Shown: positions 27,369 to 42,753, counted from the first letter of the stretch. The stretch: 64,000 nucleotides of DNA from an uncultured Haliea sp. (GCA_913061145.1 CAJXUQ010000003.1:123208-187207), one strand, 5' to 3'. Translations and numbers: made by a program. Notes: a model not told the origin generated them from the letters alone.

Positions 27369-29927
27369 ATGACCAGCGAATCCGCAACCGTGCACACCCC
27401 CATGATGCAGCAGTACCTGAAAATCAAGGCGCAGCATCCACGTGACCTGGTGTTCTATCGCATGGGCGACTTTTATGAACTGTTCTTCGACGACGCCAGG
27501 CGTGCTGCGGAGCTCCTCGACATTACCCTGACCGCGCGGGGCAAATCCGCCGGCGAGCCCATCCCCATGGCGGGCGTGCCCTACCATGCGGCCGAAGGCT
27601 ATCTCGCGCGGCTGGTCAAAAGCGGCGTTTCGGTGGCCATCTGTGAGCAGATCGGTGACCCGGCGACCAGCAAGGGCCCGGTGGAACGCCAGGTCGTGCG
27701 GGTCGTGACCCCCGGCACCCTGAGTGACGAGGCTCTGCTGGAGGAGCGCAGCGACAACCTGTTGCTCGCCGTGGCGGAGCACCGGGGCCGCTTCGGCCTG
27801 GCCTGGCTGGACCTCGCCAGCGGCCGTTTCCGCGTCCTCGAAGTCGAGGGTGATGAGGCACTCGCCAGTGAACTGCAGCGATTGAATCCGGCGGAGGTAC
27901 TGTTCCAGGACACGCTTGGCCTGCCCCTGCTCAGCGCACGACGTGGCGCGCGGGCACAGCCGGCCTGGGAGTTCGACCAGGATAGTGCGCGTCGTGCCCT
28001 GAACCTGCAGTTCCAGACCCACGACCTGCAGGGGTTCGGCTGTGAGAGCCTGGGGCTGGCACTCGGGGCCGCAGGTTGTCTGCTGCAATACGTCAAGGAT
28101 ACCCAGCGCAGTAATCTGCCCCATATCCGCAGCATCGCGCATGAAAATCGTGCCGAAAGCGTGATTATGGATGCGGCCACGCGACGCAACCTGGAAATTG
28201 ACCGCAACCTCGCCGGCGGCGAAACGCACACGCTGTTTTCCGTGATGGACCACTGCGTCACCGCCATGGGCAGCCGCCTGCTGCGCCGTTGGCTACATCG
28301 CCCGTTGACCGACACGGCGGTGCTCAGTCAACGTCAGGAAGCGGTGTGCGCGCTCTGCGATGACTACCGCTTCGAAGCGCTGCGCACCGCGCTGAAACCC
28401 ATAGGCGATATGGAGCGTATTCTGAGCCGCGTCGCGCTGCGTTCCGCGCGACCGCGGGACCTGACCCGCCTGCGCAGTTCGCTGGCCGCACTGCCCACCC
28501 TGCGTGAGGCGCTCGCCCCCTGTCGCGCGGATCGTCTCGACGCGCTCTCCGTGCAGGCGGCGGAATACCCGCAGCTCTGCCAGCTGCTGGAACGCGCTGT
28601 GTGCGAGAATCCACCGGTGGTCATTCGTGAGGGCGGTGTGATCGCCACCGGCTACGATGCCGAACTCGACGAGCTGCGCCGCATCAGCAGCAACGCAGGC
28701 GACTATCTGCTGGAGATTGAAGCGCGGGAGCGTGCGGCGACCGGCATCAGCACCTTGAAAGTGGGCTACAACCGCGTCCACGGTTATTTTATCGAAATCA
28801 GTCGCGCGCAGTCGGCCCGCGCGCCAGACACCTACCAGCGTCGCCAGACGCTGAAGAATGCGGAACGCTTTATCACACCGGAACTCAAGGCCTTCGAGGA
28901 CAAGGCGCTCTCGGCTCGCAGTCGCGCGCTGGCGCGGGAAAAAATGCTCTACGAGGCCCTGATTGAAACACTGAACGAACAGCTGGCGGCGCTGCAGGAC
29001 ACCGCATCTGCCGTCGCCGAGCTGGACGTGCTTGGCACACTGGCAGAACGCGCCGAACGGCTGCGCCTGTGCCAGCCAGAGTTCACGCAGGAACAGGTTT
29101 TTGAAGTGGAGGCTGGCCGCCACCTGGTGGTGGAACAGGTGCTGGAAGACCCCTTTATCGCCAATGACACACTGCTCAACGATCAGCGGCGCATGCTGCT
29201 GATCACCGGCCCCAATATGGGCGGCAAATCGACCTACATGCGCCAGAACGCCCTGATCGCCCTGCTCGCACATGTTGGCAGCTTCGTGCCGGCAGACCGT
29301 GTACGACTATCGCCCATGGACCGGATCTTCACCCGTATCGGCTCCTCGGATGACCTCGCCAGCGGGCGCTCGACCTTTATGGTGGAGATGACCGAGACCG
29401 CCAACATTCTGCACAACGCGACCGAGCGCAGCCTGGTGTTGATGGATGAAGTGGGCCGCGGCACAAGCACCTTCGATGGCCTCAGTCTCGCCTGGGCGGC
29501 TGCCGTCCAGCTGGCCCGCACCGTGCGGGCCTTCACGCTTTTCGCCACACATTATTTCGAGCTCACCGCCCTGCCGGAACAGTGCCCGACCATGGCCAAC
29601 GTGCATCTGGACGCCACCGAGCACGAGGACCATGTGGTGTTTCTGCATAACATCCAGGAAGGGCCGGCAAACCGCAGCTTTGGCCTGCAGGTGGCAAAGC
29701 TGGCGGGCATACCGGATACGGTGCTGCGCGCCGCCCGCGAGAAGCTGCAGGCGCTGGAGCGCGCCCCCGGGCGCGGCGACCCGTTGCCGGCACCCACCCA
29801 GGCTGAGCTGTTCGCCAGCACTGAACCACACCCTGCGGTCTCCCTTCTGGAAAACACGGACCCGGATGCCCTGACCCCCCGGGAAGCACTGGAGCTGCTC
29901 TACCGCCTCCGTGAGACCCTGGGCTAG
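27369..29927 (+). CDS. mutS: DNA mismatch repair protein MutS
   Basis: [43 protein letters not shown] and FATHYFELT. Confidence 0.99.
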   Translation: MTSESATVHTPMMQQYLKIKAQHPRDLVFYRMGDFYELFFDDARRAAELLDITLTARGKSAGEPIPMAGVPYHAAEGYLARLVKSGVSVAICEQIGDPATSKGPVERQVVRVVTPGTLSDEALLEERSDNLLLAVAEHRGRFGLAWLDLASGRFRVLEVEGDEALASELQRLNPAEVLFQDTLGLPLLSARRGARAQPAWEFDQDSARRALNLQFQTHDLQGFGCESLGLALGAAGCLLQYVKDTQRSNLPHIRSIAHENRAESVIMDAATRRNLEIDRNLAGGETHTLFSVMDHCVTAMGSRLLRRWLHRPLTDTAVLSQRQEAVCALCDDYRFEALRTALKPIGDMERILSRVALRSARPRDLTRLRSSLAALPTLREALAPCRADRLDALSVQAAEYPQLCQLLERAVCENPPVVIREGGVIATGYDAELDELRRISSNAGDYLLEIEARERAATGISTLKVGYNRVHGYFIEISRAQSARAPDTYQRRQTLKNAERFITPELKAFEDKALSARSRALAREKMLYEALIETLNEQLAALQDTASAVAELDVLGTLAERAERLRLCQPEFTQEQVFEVEAGRHLVVEQVLEDPFIANDTLLNDQRRMLLITGPNMGGKSTYMRQNALIALLAHVGSFVPADRVRLSPMDRIFTRIGSSDDLASGRSTFMVEMTETANILHNATERSLVLMDEVGRGTSTFDGLSLAWAAAVQLARTVRAFTLFATHYFELTALPEQCPTMANVHLDATEHEDHVVFLHNIQEGPANRSFGLQVAKLAGIPDTVLRAAREKLQALERAPGRGDPLPAPTQAELFASTEPHPAVSLLENTDPDALTPREALELLYRLRETLG

Positions 29928-29981
29928 GGCAAGCCCGCTGGTGGCCGCCCTGCCCGCGGGAAAACAGCGCGGCGCGAACCC

Positions 29982-30010
29982 TTTAAAACTCCGGGCGCAG
30001 CGGTTAAACT
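29982..30010 (+). promoter_or_regulatory. Putative sigma70-family promoter of fdxA
   Basis: TTTAAA (29982-29987), 17-nt spacer, TAAACT (30005-30010). Confidence 0.5.
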
Positions 30011-30070
30011 TCCGACCCGAAACGGGCGCCCACGGGGCAGAGGCGCCCCTGCAAATGAGGCAAAACTGGC

Positions 30071-30394
30071 ATGACTTTTGTTGTTGGCGAACAGTGTATC
30101 AAGTGCAAACACACAGACTGCGTGGAAGTGTGTCCAGTTGACTGCTTTTACGAGGGGCCCAATTTTCTGGTTATTCACCCGGACGAGTGCATCGATTGCG
30201 CGCTCTGCGAGCCCGAGTGCCCGGTAGACGCCATTTATTCCGAAGACGAACTGCCTGAGGATCAGGCGGTATTCCTTGAGCTCAATGCCGAGCTGGCCGA
30301 AGTGTGGCCCAACATCACAGAGATGAAAGACGCCCTTCCGGACGCCGAAGAGTGGGCCAACAAGCCCAACAAACTGGCACTGCTGGAGCGCTGA
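30071..30394 (+). CDS. fdxA: 7Fe ferredoxin (FdxA / ferredoxin I)
   Basis: [17 protein letters not shown] and [12 protein letters not shown] motifs, 107 aa, downstream of mutS. Confidence 0.96.
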   Translation: MTFVVGEQCIKCKHTDCVEVCPVDCFYEGPNFLVIHPDECIDCALCEPECPVDAIYSEDELPEDQAVFLELNAELAEVWPNITEMKDALPDAEEWANKPNKLALLER

Positions 30395-30398
30395 GGCC

Positions 30399-31418
30399 TC
30401 AGCGGAAAATCGCGTCGCCGGTCAGGCCCTGGGTCTCCATGATCTGGCGTAAGCGGCGCAGCGCCTCGACCTGAATCTGCCTGACCCGTTCACGTGTCAG
30501 GCCTATCTCCCGCCCTACCTCTTCCAGCGTGCTGCTTTCGTGCCCGCGCAGGCCGAAGCGCCGTGCAACCACTTCACGCTGCTTCTCGGAGAGCTGATCC
30601 AGCCACTGGCTGATGCTGTTGCGAATGTCATCCTCCTGCAACAGCTGCGAGGGGTCGCTGTCGTTGCTGTCCGCAATGGTTTCCAGCATCGCGCGATCAG
30701 AGTCTGAACTGATCGGCACATCAATGGAGGTCACCCGCTCGTTCAGACCCAGCATGCGTTTGACTTCGCCGGCAGGGCGATCAAGCATCTCCGCGATTTC
30801 CTCCGCGGTGGGCTCGTGATCAAGTTTCTGGGTGAGTTCCCGCGCGGCGCGCAGGTACACATTGAGTTCCTTGACCACATGGATAGGCAGACGAATGGTC
30901 CGGGTCTGGTTCATGATACCGCGCTCAATCGTCTGGCGAATCCACCAGGTCGCATAGGTGGAAAAACGGAAACCCCGCTCGGGGTCAAACTTTTCCACGG
31001 CCCGAATCAGTCCCAGGTTGCCCTCTTCAATCAGGTCGAGCAGCGTGAGGCCTCGATTGAGGTAACGGCGAGAAATCTTCACCACCAGCCGCAGGTTGCT
31101 CTCGATCATCCTGCGACGCGCTGCCTCGTCACCCTGCAACGCCAAACGCGCGAAGTGTTTTTCCTCGTCGGCGGTCAGCAGCGGGGAAAATCCGATCTCG
31201 TTGAGATACAACTGAGTCGCATCCAGCGACTTTTCGCCGGAACGAGCCGCCTTGGCGCGGTCGAAGGCGAGTTCCTCATCATCGTCGACCGCTGCCTCCT
31301 CCGCGTCCAGCCCTTCGAGCTCAGCCGCTTCGGCGCATTCTGCGTAGACCGGTTCTTCGGTTTCGCGCACTGCGTGGGTCGCGGCTCTCTGGCCTGTTTT
31401 TGTTATCTCGACTTCCAT
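30399..31418 (-). CDS. rpoS: RNA polymerase sigma factor RpoS
   Basis: [32 protein letters not shown] and [10 protein letters not shown] motifs, downstream of nlpD. Confidence 0.97.
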   Translation of the reverse strand: MEVEITKTGQRAATHAVRETEEPVYAECAEAAELEGLDAEEAAVDDDEELAFDRAKAARSGEKSLDATQLYLNEIGFSPLLTADEEKHFARLALQGDEAARRRMIESNLRLVVKISRRYLNRGLTLLDLIEEGNLGLIRAVEKFDPERGFRFSTYATWWIRQTIERGIMNQTRTIRLPIHVVKELNVYLRAARELTQKLDHEPTAEEIAEMLDRPAGEVKRMLGLNERVTSIDVPISSDSDRAMLETIADSNDSDPSQLLQEDDIRNSISQWLDQLSEKQREVVARRFGLRGHESSTLEEVGREIGLTRERVRQIQVEALRRLRQIMETQGLTGDAIFR

Positions 31419-31504
31419 GCCACACCTCAATCTCACCCGCGTAAGGGAGCTTTCTGTCGCCGGTTGATCAGGTTACCCCATGCTTACAATTCATTACAAG
31501 ACAC

Positions 31505-32344
31505 CTAACGCCTGGGCAACAGTTGCAGGGGGTCGATGGGTTTACCCTCTTTGCGGATCTCGAAGTGCAACTTCACGACGTCGGTGCCGGTGCTGCCCTT
31601 CTCGGCAATCTGCTGGCCCGCAGCCACACGTGCGCCTTCAGCGACCAGCAAGCGGTCGTTGTGCCCGTAGGCGCTGAGGTAAACATCGTCGTGCTTGATA
31701 ATCAGCAACTCACCAAAACCCACGATACCGGTACCCGCGTACACCACATCACCCGCAGCCACGGCCACCACCGGGTCACCCCGGCGTCCGCCAATATCGA
31801 TGCCCTTGTGCACAGTGGCGGAATACCTGCGTGTCACCGGGCCCTGGGAGGGCCAGCGCCAGGCGCTGACCGGCGTCAGGCGCGGTGCCGGTGGCGTGCT
31901 GGCCGCGGCCAGCGGTGGCGCCGGCTTTTCGCTGCGCGGCGCGCCCGCTACGCTGCCCGGTGGCGGCGCCGCTGGCGGGCTGACAGGCCCGGGAACCACC
32001 GCCGGCGTCGCTGTGGCCTGGGTCGGGACGGGGCGGGGACTGCCCGGCGATGGCTGGGAGCTGCGCTGACTCGCGACCACATCGCGACCGGGCCGGATAA
32101 TCAGGTTCTGCCCGGGGTAGATCGTGTAGGGTGCAGCAATCCCGTTGGCGGCGGCGACGCTGCGATAATCCATACCGAAGCGGAAAGCGATCGCGTAGAG
32201 GGTATCTCCCCGCCGCACAACGTAGCGTTCAGACGCCACTCCACCCACGGCGGCTGGGGATTGTCGATCTTCAATGGGCGCACGTCCACCGCTACCGCAG
32301 CCCGCCAGCAGCAACAGCGCGATCAGTCCCAGCAGCGGGGGCAT
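31505..32344 (-). CDS. nlpD: LysM/M23 lipoprotein NlpD
   Basis: Lipobox LAGC, LysM YVVRRGDTLYAIAF, Pro-rich linker, M23-like HKGIDI and KLHFEIR. Confidence 0.93.
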   Translation of the reverse strand: MPPLLGLIALLLLAGCGSGGRAPIEDRQSPAAVGGVASERYVVRRGDTLYAIAFRFGMDYRSVAAANGIAAPYTIYPGQNLIIRPGRDVVASQRSSQPSPGSPRPVPTQATATPAVVPGPVSPPAAPPPGSVAGAPRSEKPAPPLAAASTPPAPRLTPVSAWRWPSQGPVTRRYSATVHKGIDIGGRRGDPVVAVAAGDVVYAGTGIVGFGELLIIKHDDVYLSAYGHNDRLLVAEGARVAAGQQIAEKGSTGTDVVKLHFEIRKEGKPIDPLQLLPRR

Positions 32345-32348
32345 TTGC

Positions 32349-33251
32349 CTACGACCCACCCCAGCGCCTCTCAATCACCCACACCAGCGCAAAGCCAAAC
32401 ACCATCAGAATCAGGCAGGTTAGCAGCCAGGGGTCGTCGGCAAACTGCCAGGGTAGTACCGGCACCTGCTGCGCGGGGCGCGGCACACCATCGCTGCCGA
32501 GCACCCAGTCCAGCGGATGTTTCCAGGGCCATACAACGAGCAGTGACCCGAACAGGAAACCGGTCAACAGCGCCATGGTCGCCGCGTGGTAGCGCCGCAA
32601 CAGCCAGTGCAGCACGCGGGAAAAGCACATCAGGCCCAGGCCGGCACCCAGCGCAAACACCAGCATAACGGCCAGCTCAAGGTTCTTCACGGCATGCAGG
32701 ACGGTCGAGTACATGCCCAGGAGGATGAGAATGAAACTGCCGGATATGCCCGGGAGTATCATCGCGCAGATGGCGATAAACCCGGCAATGAACACTGCGG
32801 GGAGTCCCGTGGGAAGCGCCACTACAGGACTCAGCGCGATCGCCGCCGCCACGCCGAGCCCAATGATCAGGCACAACACGCGGGCCGTGCTCCAATGCGG
32901 TACCTGCCGCAGCAGCACCAGTGCCGAGGCCAGTATCAGGCCGAAGAAAAACGCCCAGAGCGGCACCGGGTATGCCTCCAGCAACCAAGCGATGACCCGG
33001 GCCAGAGACAGGATGCTGGTTGCTATGCCCGCGACCAGCGTGAGCAGAAACGCGCCGTCAACATGCACCCAGGCGCGCCGCAGGTCACCGCGATGCAGCA
33101 GGCGCAGGAGCGGTAGATCAAAGGCGCGGATACTCCCCAGCAGGCGATCGTAGATGCCAGTGATGAATGCCATGGTGCCACCCGACACACCGGGCACAAT
33201 ATCCGCTGCGCCCATCAGGACCCCGCGAAGAAACACACCCAGTGGCGTCAT
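32349..33251 (-). CDS. DUF368 family membrane protein (undecaprenyl-phosphate translocase family)
   Basis: Repeated motifs GAADIVPGVSGGTMAFITG and CAMILPGISGS, multiple TM helices. Confidence 0.88.
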   Translation of the reverse strand: MTPLGVFLRGVLMGAADIVPGVSGGTMAFITGIYDRLLGSIRAFDLPLLRLLHRGDLRRAWVHVDGAFLLTLVAGIATSILSLARVIAWLLEAYPVPLWAFFFGLILASALVLLRQVPHWSTARVLCLIIGLGVAAAIALSPVVALPTGLPAVFIAGFIAICAMILPGISGSFILILLGMYSTVLHAVKNLELAVMLVFALGAGLGLMCFSRVLHWLLRRYHAATMALLTGFLFGSLLVVWPWKHPLDWVLGSDGVPRPAQQVPVLPWQFADDPWLLTCLILMVFGFALVWVIERRWGGS

Positions 33252-33255
33252 GGGC

Positions 33256-33918
33256 TCATTTCACCGTACCCGAACGCAGAGGGACAAAGCGTACCGCTTC
33301 TACCAGTCGCGTCTCGTAGCCCTCACTGGTCCGGGTGATAACCTGCAGGTTCTGCAGCGATGCGCCTACCGGAATGACCAGACAACCACCGGGCGCCAGT
33401 TGCAAGAGGAGATCCTCGGGGATGCTTTCCGGGGCCGCGGTACTGAGGATGCCATCAAATGGCGCCGCCTCTTCCCAACCCAGTCCACCATCAGCGTGAC
33501 TGAAGCGCACGTTGCGCAATTTCAGCTGGCGTAAGCGGGCACGTGCCTTGTCCAGCAGCGGCTTGATGCGCTCCACACTCCACACCTCATCGACCAACTG
33601 TGCCAGTACCGCGGTCTGGTATCCCGACCCCGTGCCAATTTCCAGCACGCGACTGCGGGGGCCCTGTTCCAGCAGCAGCTCAGTCATGCGCGCCACGATA
33701 TAGGGCTGGGAAAGCGTCTGCTGGAACCCGATCGGCAGGGCCGTGTCCTCATACGCGCGGTGCGCCATCGCCTCATCGAGAAACAGGTGCCGGGGCGTGC
33801 GGCGCATGACGTCGAGCACACGCTCATCCTGAATGCCCTGCTCGGCAAGACGCCGCACAAGACGCTCACGCGTGCGCTGCGAGGTCATCCCGATGCCATT
33901 GAGATCGACGTTATTCAC
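33256..33918 (-). CDS. pcm: Protein-L-isoaspartate O-methyltransferase
   Basis: [31 protein letters not shown] and APFDGI motifs. Confidence 0.96.
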   Translation of the reverse strand: MNNVDLNGIGMTSQRTRERLVRRLAEQGIQDERVLDVMRRTPRHLFLDEAMAHRAYEDTALPIGFQQTLSQPYIVARMTELLLEQGPRSRVLEIGTGSGYQTAVLAQLVDEVWSVERIKPLLDKARARLRQLKLRNVRFSHADGGLGWEEAAPFDGILSTAAPESIPEDLLLQLAPGGCLVIPVGASLQNLQVITRTSEGYETRLVEAVRFVPLRSGTVK

Positions 33919-34966
33919 TGCGCCCCTCACGCTCCCTGTACCCTTCCCTGTAATTCAGTATTTCCGCCAGCAAGGCGGTCGCATAGCTGCCCGGCGGTAA
34001 ATGAAACGTCAACAGCAACGACCCATCATCACAAAAGCGCCACGAAAAGTCATCCGGCAGAAGTCGCGCAGGGCGATATGCCAGGCTTAAACCCGCCTGC
34101 TCCAGAAACTCGCAGACACCCGCCTGGGGCGCCAGCAGGGCCTTCTGCGCCGCGACCAGCGCGGGGCTCTGCAGGCTCTCGCCGCCGCCCCAGAGTGGCA
34201 GCCCGGGATGGACATCGCCCGCCGCGGCGCGCTGCTGCAACGCGGCATCCAGTTCGGTACAGGGGAACAGGCTGCGACTGCCCTGCAGCTGGCAGACGTC
34301 GCCCTGCTGCAGGCGCTCCCAGGTGCCGTCTTGTACCCGCTGCGCCAACAGGCGGTTGAACAGGTCGCTGCGCAATGCCGACAGAAACAGGCCTCGCTTG
34401 CTGTGGCTCAACTTGCGCGCGCCGCGCAGCATCCACGCCTGGGCCTGTAACAGCGTCCCGCCGTCACGCCCGAAACGCTGCTCGCCAAAGTAGTTGGGGA
34501 CGCCACGGTCGCGAATACGCTCCAGCGCTGACACCACGCCCTCCATATCCCCCTGCACATCCCGCAGGCGCAGTGCAAACGCGTTGCTCCGATGCACGCC
34601 GCGCTTGAGCTTGCGCGAATGACGCTGGCACTCCAGTACAGTGACCTCGTCGGTCACCTGGAGGCGCTGCCAGTCGGGCTCAGGCTTGCCGGCCATGCGC
34701 ACGCTGAGCCACTGGCGGGTGACCGCGTTCCGGTCCTTCAGACCACTGAAGCCAATATCTCGGGGATGGATGCCCGCCAGGGATGACACACGCTGCACCA
34801 GATCCGCGGTATTCAGTCCCCGCTTCTCGATATAGAGGAACACGTGCTCGCCCTGCCCATCAGGAACGAAGCCCAACTGCTCGGACACCCGGAAGTCCTC
34901 GGGCACACTGCGTATGATCGCCGTCGCGTCAGCGATGGGCCCAACGCGACCGAGTTCGGGATTCAT
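33911..34966 (-). CDS. truD: tRNA pseudouridine(13) synthase TruD
   Basis: [31 protein letters not shown] and LPPGSYAT motifs. Confidence 0.96.
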   Translation of the reverse strand: MNPELGRVGPIADATAIIRSVPEDFRVSEQLGFVPDGQGEHVFLYIEKRGLNTADLVQRVSSLAGIHPRDIGFSGLKDRNAVTRQWLSVRMAGKPEPDWQRLQVTDEVTVLECQRHSRKLKRGVHRSNAFALRLRDVQGDMEGVVSALERIRDRGVPNYFGEQRFGRDGGTLLQAQAWMLRGARKLSHSKRGLFLSALRSDLFNRLLAQRVQDGTWERLQQGDVCQLQGSRSLFPCTELDAALQQRAAAGDVHPGLPLWGGGESLQSPALVAAQKALLAPQAGVCEFLEQAGLSLAYRPARLLPDDFSWRFCDDGSLLLTFHLPPGSYATALLAEILNYREGYREREGRSE

Positions 34967-35445
34967 GCGTGAGCAATACCCTGCAGCAGCACCACCGCGT
35001 GCGCCGCTATCCCTTCGCCACGGCCGGTAAAGCCCAGTTTTTCGGTCGTGGTGGCCTTGACGTTGACCTGCCCCACAGCCACGCGCAGGTCGGCGGCCAG
35101 GTTCACCTGCATCGCGGGTATGTGGGCCGCCATGCGCGGCGCCTCCGCGACCAGCGTGGTGTCTGCGTTGACCAATTGCCAGCCCTGGGCAAACACCTGT
35201 TCAACCACGCGGCGCAGCAAGATACGGCTGTCGATCGCGGCAAACGCCGGGTCGCTGTCCGGGAAGTGCCGGCCGATATCTCCAGCACCCACCGCACCGA
35301 GCAAGGCATCACAGAGTGCGTGGATCAGTACGTCGCCGTCCGAGTGCGCCACAAGGCCCTGGGTATGGGGGATGCTGACACCGCCCAGCACCACACCACT
35401 GCCGGGGCCGAAACGATGCACATCAAAGCCGTGTCCGATTCGCAT
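34963..35445 (-). CDS. ispF: 2-C-methyl-D-erythritol 2,4-cyclodiphosphate synthase
   Basis: [16 protein letters not shown] and [16 protein letters not shown]. Confidence 0.97.
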   Translation of the reverse strand: MRIGHGFDVHRFGPGSGVVLGGVSIPHTQGLVAHSDGDVLIHALCDALLGAVGAGDIGRHFPDSDPAFAAIDSRILLRRVVEQVFAQGWQLVNADTTLVAEAPRMAAHIPAMQVNLAADLRVAVGQVNVKATTTEKLGFTGRGEGIAAHAVVLLQGIAHA

Positions 35446-35450
35446 TGCGC

Positions 35451-36161
35451 TCACTCCCGCCCTCCGTCGGCGATACCCAGGTAAAAAGCCGCCAGTTCAA
35501 GATCGCCGGGGACCGTCACCTTGAAGTTGCGTGGCGACCCGGACACCACCCGTACCGGGTGCCCCCCCCACTCCATGGCGGAGGCTTCATCGGTCACAGC
35601 AACGCCGGCCGCCAGGGCCGCCAACAGCGCCTGCTGCAGCGGCAGCAGCGGGAACATCTGGGGTGTCTGGGCACGCCAGAGGCCGCGGCGATCGACGGTG
35701 GCCTGCACCAGGCCATCGGCACCCACGCGCTTCAGCGTGTCGACCAGCGGTTCCGCCAGAAGCCCACCGCCGCCGTGCGCCAGCACCTCGGACACCAGAC
35801 GCTCCCCGTCTGCCGGGCTCAGGCAGGGACGCGCCGCATCGTGCACCAGCACCCAGTCATCTTCATATGCAATTTTTTGCAAAAAGTGCAACGCGGCCAG
35901 CACGGAATCGGCGCGCTGCACCCCACCGGCTACGACGTGTACGCGCTCATCCCTGTCGCGAAAGTCCGACGCTCTGGGGTCATCAGCCGCAAGGGCAATG
36001 ACAACGCCCAGCATGCCCGGGAGCCGTAACAGGGCGTCAAGGCTGTGCTCCAGCAGGGTCTTGCCACCCAGCAGCCGATGCTGCTTGGGTTCGGACAGGC
36101 CCATGCGCGAGCCGCTTCCCGCCGCAGGGATCACCCCCCAACACCGAGCCACCTCGCTCAC
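35451..36161 (-). CDS. ispD: 2-C-methyl-D-erythritol 4-phosphate cytidylyltransferase
   Basis: [27 protein letters not shown] and NFKVT. Confidence 0.96.
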   Translation of the reverse strand: MSEVARCWGVIPAAGSGSRMGLSEPKQHRLLGGKTLLEHSLDALLRLPGMLGVVIALAADDPRASDFRDRDERVHVVAGGVQRADSVLAALHFLQKIAYEDDWVLVHDAARPCLSPADGERLVSEVLAHGGGGLLAEPLVDTLKRVGADGLVQATVDRRGLWRAQTPQMFPLLPLQQALLAALAAGVAVTDEASAMEWGGHPVRVVSGSPRNFKVTVPGDLELAAFYLGIADGGRE

Positions 36162-36481
36162 TCCCCTGGCTCAGAGCGCGGCGCCTGTGCTTGCCCCTGC
36201 TCTGCTGCAGCCTCAGGGACCACCTGATAAAACACCTCGCCTTCGCGCACCAGCCCCAGCTGCTCACGAGCGCGCTGTTCCAGGCCATCATTGCCCGATT
36301 GCAGATCCAGTACCTCGCGCTCGAGTACCGCGTTACGCGCGCGCAACTCGCTATTGACGGCCTCTTCGCGCTGCACCTGCTGCTGCAGACGGTGCCGTTC
36401 AGCGAGACTGCCCTCGGCGAACCACAACCTGTACTGCAGCGCGACCAGCAATAACAGCATACCGGCCAGCAGGTACTTCAT
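36158..36481 (-). CDS. ftsB: Cell division protein FtsB
   Basis: TM helix LQYRLWF, coiled coil and EQRAREQLGLVREGEVFY, located between eno and ispD. Confidence 0.92.
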   Translation of the reverse strand: MKYLLAGMLLLLVALQYRLWFAEGSLAERHRLQQQVQREEAVNSELRARNAVLEREVLDLQSGNDGLEQRAREQLGLVREGEVFYQVVPEAAAEQGQAQAPRSEPGE

Positions 36482-36482
36482 G

Positions 36483-40337
<3,855 letters not shown>

Positions 40338-40426
40338 TCACGGGGCCGGCAGGCGGAGGCAAAACACAGCGTCCGGGGCCCGCAAGACCAGCAAAAAGAT
40401 GGGAAATCAGGTTACCAGAAAGGCCC

Positions 40427-41785
40427 TCAGAGCTCAATCGCGCCAGCCGCTGTATTTCGTGTCCAGCAGACCCGCCAGGCGCCCTCTCCACCCTCGGGGG
40501 CAAACCAGGGGCCGTCGCACAGCCAGAGATCCGCCACGGCCACGAGCGCATCCCCAAGGAAGAGCAACGGGACCTGCTCGCGCCACCACGGGGGGATGCC
40601 GGCATCCTGCAGCAGGGTCTTCACGCGGCGGTTGCCGGCACGGCCAGGCAGCCGGCAGCGCTCGCCGCCCCGACGCCACTGCAGGGTCAGCGCGGCGCCT
40701 GGCGCCAGCCGAAAGCCCGACTGCCCACCCGCCTGGATCAGCCGCAACTCCCCGCCCCCCGCCAGTGTCAGTGTCCCACCGGGCATCAGCTGTGCACCCG
40801 CCGGACTGCGCTCTCCGGCAGCGGGCAGCAGAAACACGCCAGATCCGAAACGACACAGCCTGTGTTCCTGCCAGGCAAGTAGCGGGCCACCGGCTCCCGC
40901 GCGCAGCTGGCGCAGAAACTCGGCCAGGCTGGCGGCGGGGGGCAGCGGCAAGCCCAGACCGCCCAGCCAGCCGCGCAGCGCCATGCTGGCGGTCGCGTCC
41001 GGCAGTGCCAGCAGCTCCTGTACATCGATCCCGGGATCACCGAGTACGCTGACCAGCCGACGTGGCGCCGGTAACAGACCGTCCAGCACGCTTTCCGCTG
41101 CCCCCAACTGTCGCGCCGAACGCGCGATACTGCCGCGATAGGCAGGCCAGCGGCGTGCGATGGCGGGCAGGATCTCGTGCCGCAGGTAGTTGCGGTCCAG
41201 CGAGGTATCGGTATTGGATGGATCTTCAATCCAGTTCAGGGCGTGCTCTGCGGCATAAGCCTCCAGCGCACCACGCGGCTGCTCGAGCAGCGGTCTGGCC
41301 AACTGCCCTCGGCCCAATGGACGCTGCGCCGGCATGCCCTGCAGTCCACGCAAACCGGCGCCGCGCAGCCAGCGCAGCAAGACCGTTTCCACCTGGTCGT
41401 CCTGGTGGTGAGCAAAAAACATGACATCGCCCTCCCCGACCAGCGACTCCAGGGCGGCATAGCGTGCCTCGCGGGCCGCGGCCTCGAGACCGCCCCCGGT
41501 TCGCCGGACCCTGACGGTGCGGACCTCCAGTGGTACGCCCAGCGAGGCACAAAGCGCTTCTGCACAGGACTGCCAGCGCCCTGCATCCGCATGGAGCTGG
41601 TGATTGATATGCACCGCGATAATCGGCGGTGTTGACGCATGGACGCGTCGGGAACACAGCGCATGCAGCAACACCGTGGAATCCAGCCCGCCGCTGAAAG
41701 CCACCAGCCAGCGGCGGGCTCCTCGCCAGGCTGCCAGTGCTGCGCCCAGTGGGTCGTCGTCAGGCGGGGTCAGGGGCGCGGCCAC
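40427..41785 (-). CDS. tilS: tRNA(Ile)-lysidine synthetase
   Basis: AFSGGLDS, HINHQL, EAAAREARY, AHHQDDQVET and DPSN. Confidence 0.95.
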   Translation of the reverse strand: MAAPLTPPDDDPLGAALAAWRGARRWLVAFSGGLDSTVLLHALCSRRVHASTPPIIAVHINHQLHADAGRWQSCAEALCASLGVPLEVRTVRVRRTGGGLEAAAREARYAALESLVGEGDVMFFAHHQDDQVETVLLRWLRGAGLRGLQGMPAQRPLGRGQLARPLLEQPRGALEAYAAEHALNWIEDPSNTDTSLDRNYLRHEILPAIARRWPAYRGSIARSARQLGAAESVLDGLLPAPRRLVSVLGDPGIDVQELLALPDATASMALRGWLGGLGLPLPPAASLAEFLRQLRAGAGGPLLAWQEHRLCRFGSGVFLLPAAGERSPAGAQLMPGGTLTLAGGGELRLIQAGGQSGFRLAPGAALTLQWRRGGERCRLPGRAGNRRVKTLLQDAGIPPWWREQVPLLFLGDALVAVADLWLCDGPWFAPEGGEGAWRVCWTRNTAAGAIEL

Positions 41786-41805
41786 AACACCGGGCTGCAG
41801 CGCAC

Positions 41806-42753
41806 TCAGTTGCCGTAGGACATCAGGCGTTGGTAGCGGCGTTCAAGCATATCCTCCAGCGGGGACTGCTCGAGGCGATCCAGTTCCTTGATGAGGTGAG
41901 CCTGTATGCGCTCCGCCATCAGGTCGACATTGCGGTGCGCGCCCCCCATGGGCTCAGGAATGGTCGCGTCGACAATACCCAGATCCTGCAGGACCTTGGA
42001 GGTGACGCCCATCGCAGCCGCCGCCTCGGGCGCATTGGCGGTGCTTTTCCAGATGATGTTGGCACAACCCTCGGGAGAGATCACGAAATAGGTCGCATAC
42101 TGCAGCATCGCCAGGTGATCGCCGACGCCGATCCCCAGCGCACCGCCAGAACTCCCTTCGCCGATCACCACACAGATGATCGGCGTGGCAAGCCGCGACA
42201 TCACAGCGAGGTTCTGCGCTATCGCTTCACTGATGCCGCGTTCCTCGGAGTCGATTCCCGGATAGGCTCCCGGCGTGTCGATCAGCGTGATCACCGGCAA
42301 TTTGAAGCGCTCAGCCATGGTCATGAGACGCAGCGCCTTGCGGTACCCCTCGGGCTTGGGCATGCCGAAGTTGCGCAGCACCTTGTCTTTGACCGTGCGG
42401 CCCTTTTCCTGCCCGATCACCATGACCGGGCGACCGTTAAGACGCGCAGTACCGCCAACAATGGCGCGATCGTCGCCGAAATGACGATCACCGTGCAGTT
42501 CGTCGAAGTCAGTAAACAGGCGTGAGATGTAATCCAGCGTGTACGGGCGTCGGGGGTGGCGCGCCACCTTGACGATATCCCAGGGGCTCAGATTGGCGTA
42601 GATCTTCTCGGTGAGCTTGGCGCTTTTTTCGCGCAGGGTGCGAATCTCTTCGCTGATGTTGATATCGGCATCGGTGCCCACGAGCTGCAGTTCTTCAATC
42701 TTGACCTCAAGCTCGGCGATGGGCTGTTCAAAATCAAGGTAATTGGGGTTCAT
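41806..42753 (-). CDS. accA: Acetyl-CoA carboxylase carboxyltransferase alpha subunit
   Basis: [20 protein letters not shown] and IDTPGAYPG. Confidence 0.98.
   Translation of the reverse strand: MNPNYLDFEQPIAELEVKIEELQLVGTDADINISEEIRTLREKSAKLTEKIYANLSPWDIVKVARHPRRPYTLDYISRLFTDFDELHGDRHFGDDRAIVGGTARLNGRPVMVIGQEKGRTVKDKVLRNFGMPKPEGYRKALRLMTMAERFKLPVITLIDTPGAYPGIDSEERGISEAIAQNLAVMSRLATPIICVVIGEGSSGGALGIGVGDHLAMLQYATYFVISPEGCANIIWKSTANAPEAAAAMGVTSKVLQDLGIVDATIPEPMGGAHRNVDLMAERIQAHLIKELDRLEQSPLEDMLERRYQRLMSYGN

Noticed and set aside
30005-30060. c-di-GMP-I riboswitch suggested by a GAAA-loop hairpin before fdxA
   Set aside because: The conserved GGCAAAC/GACGCAAAGC-type elements and tetraloop receptor are absent.
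31860-32070. Pro/Ala-rich low-complexity tracts in nlpD (also in oadA about 44370-44620)
   Set aside because: These are normal flexible linkers for these families, not tandem DNA repeats.
35874-35885. AT-rich palindrome TTTTTGCAAAAA inside ispD, considered as operator or frameshift site
   Set aside because: It encodes ordinary residues (FLQKI), does not fit an in-frame X XXY YYZ slippery pattern, and ispD is full length.
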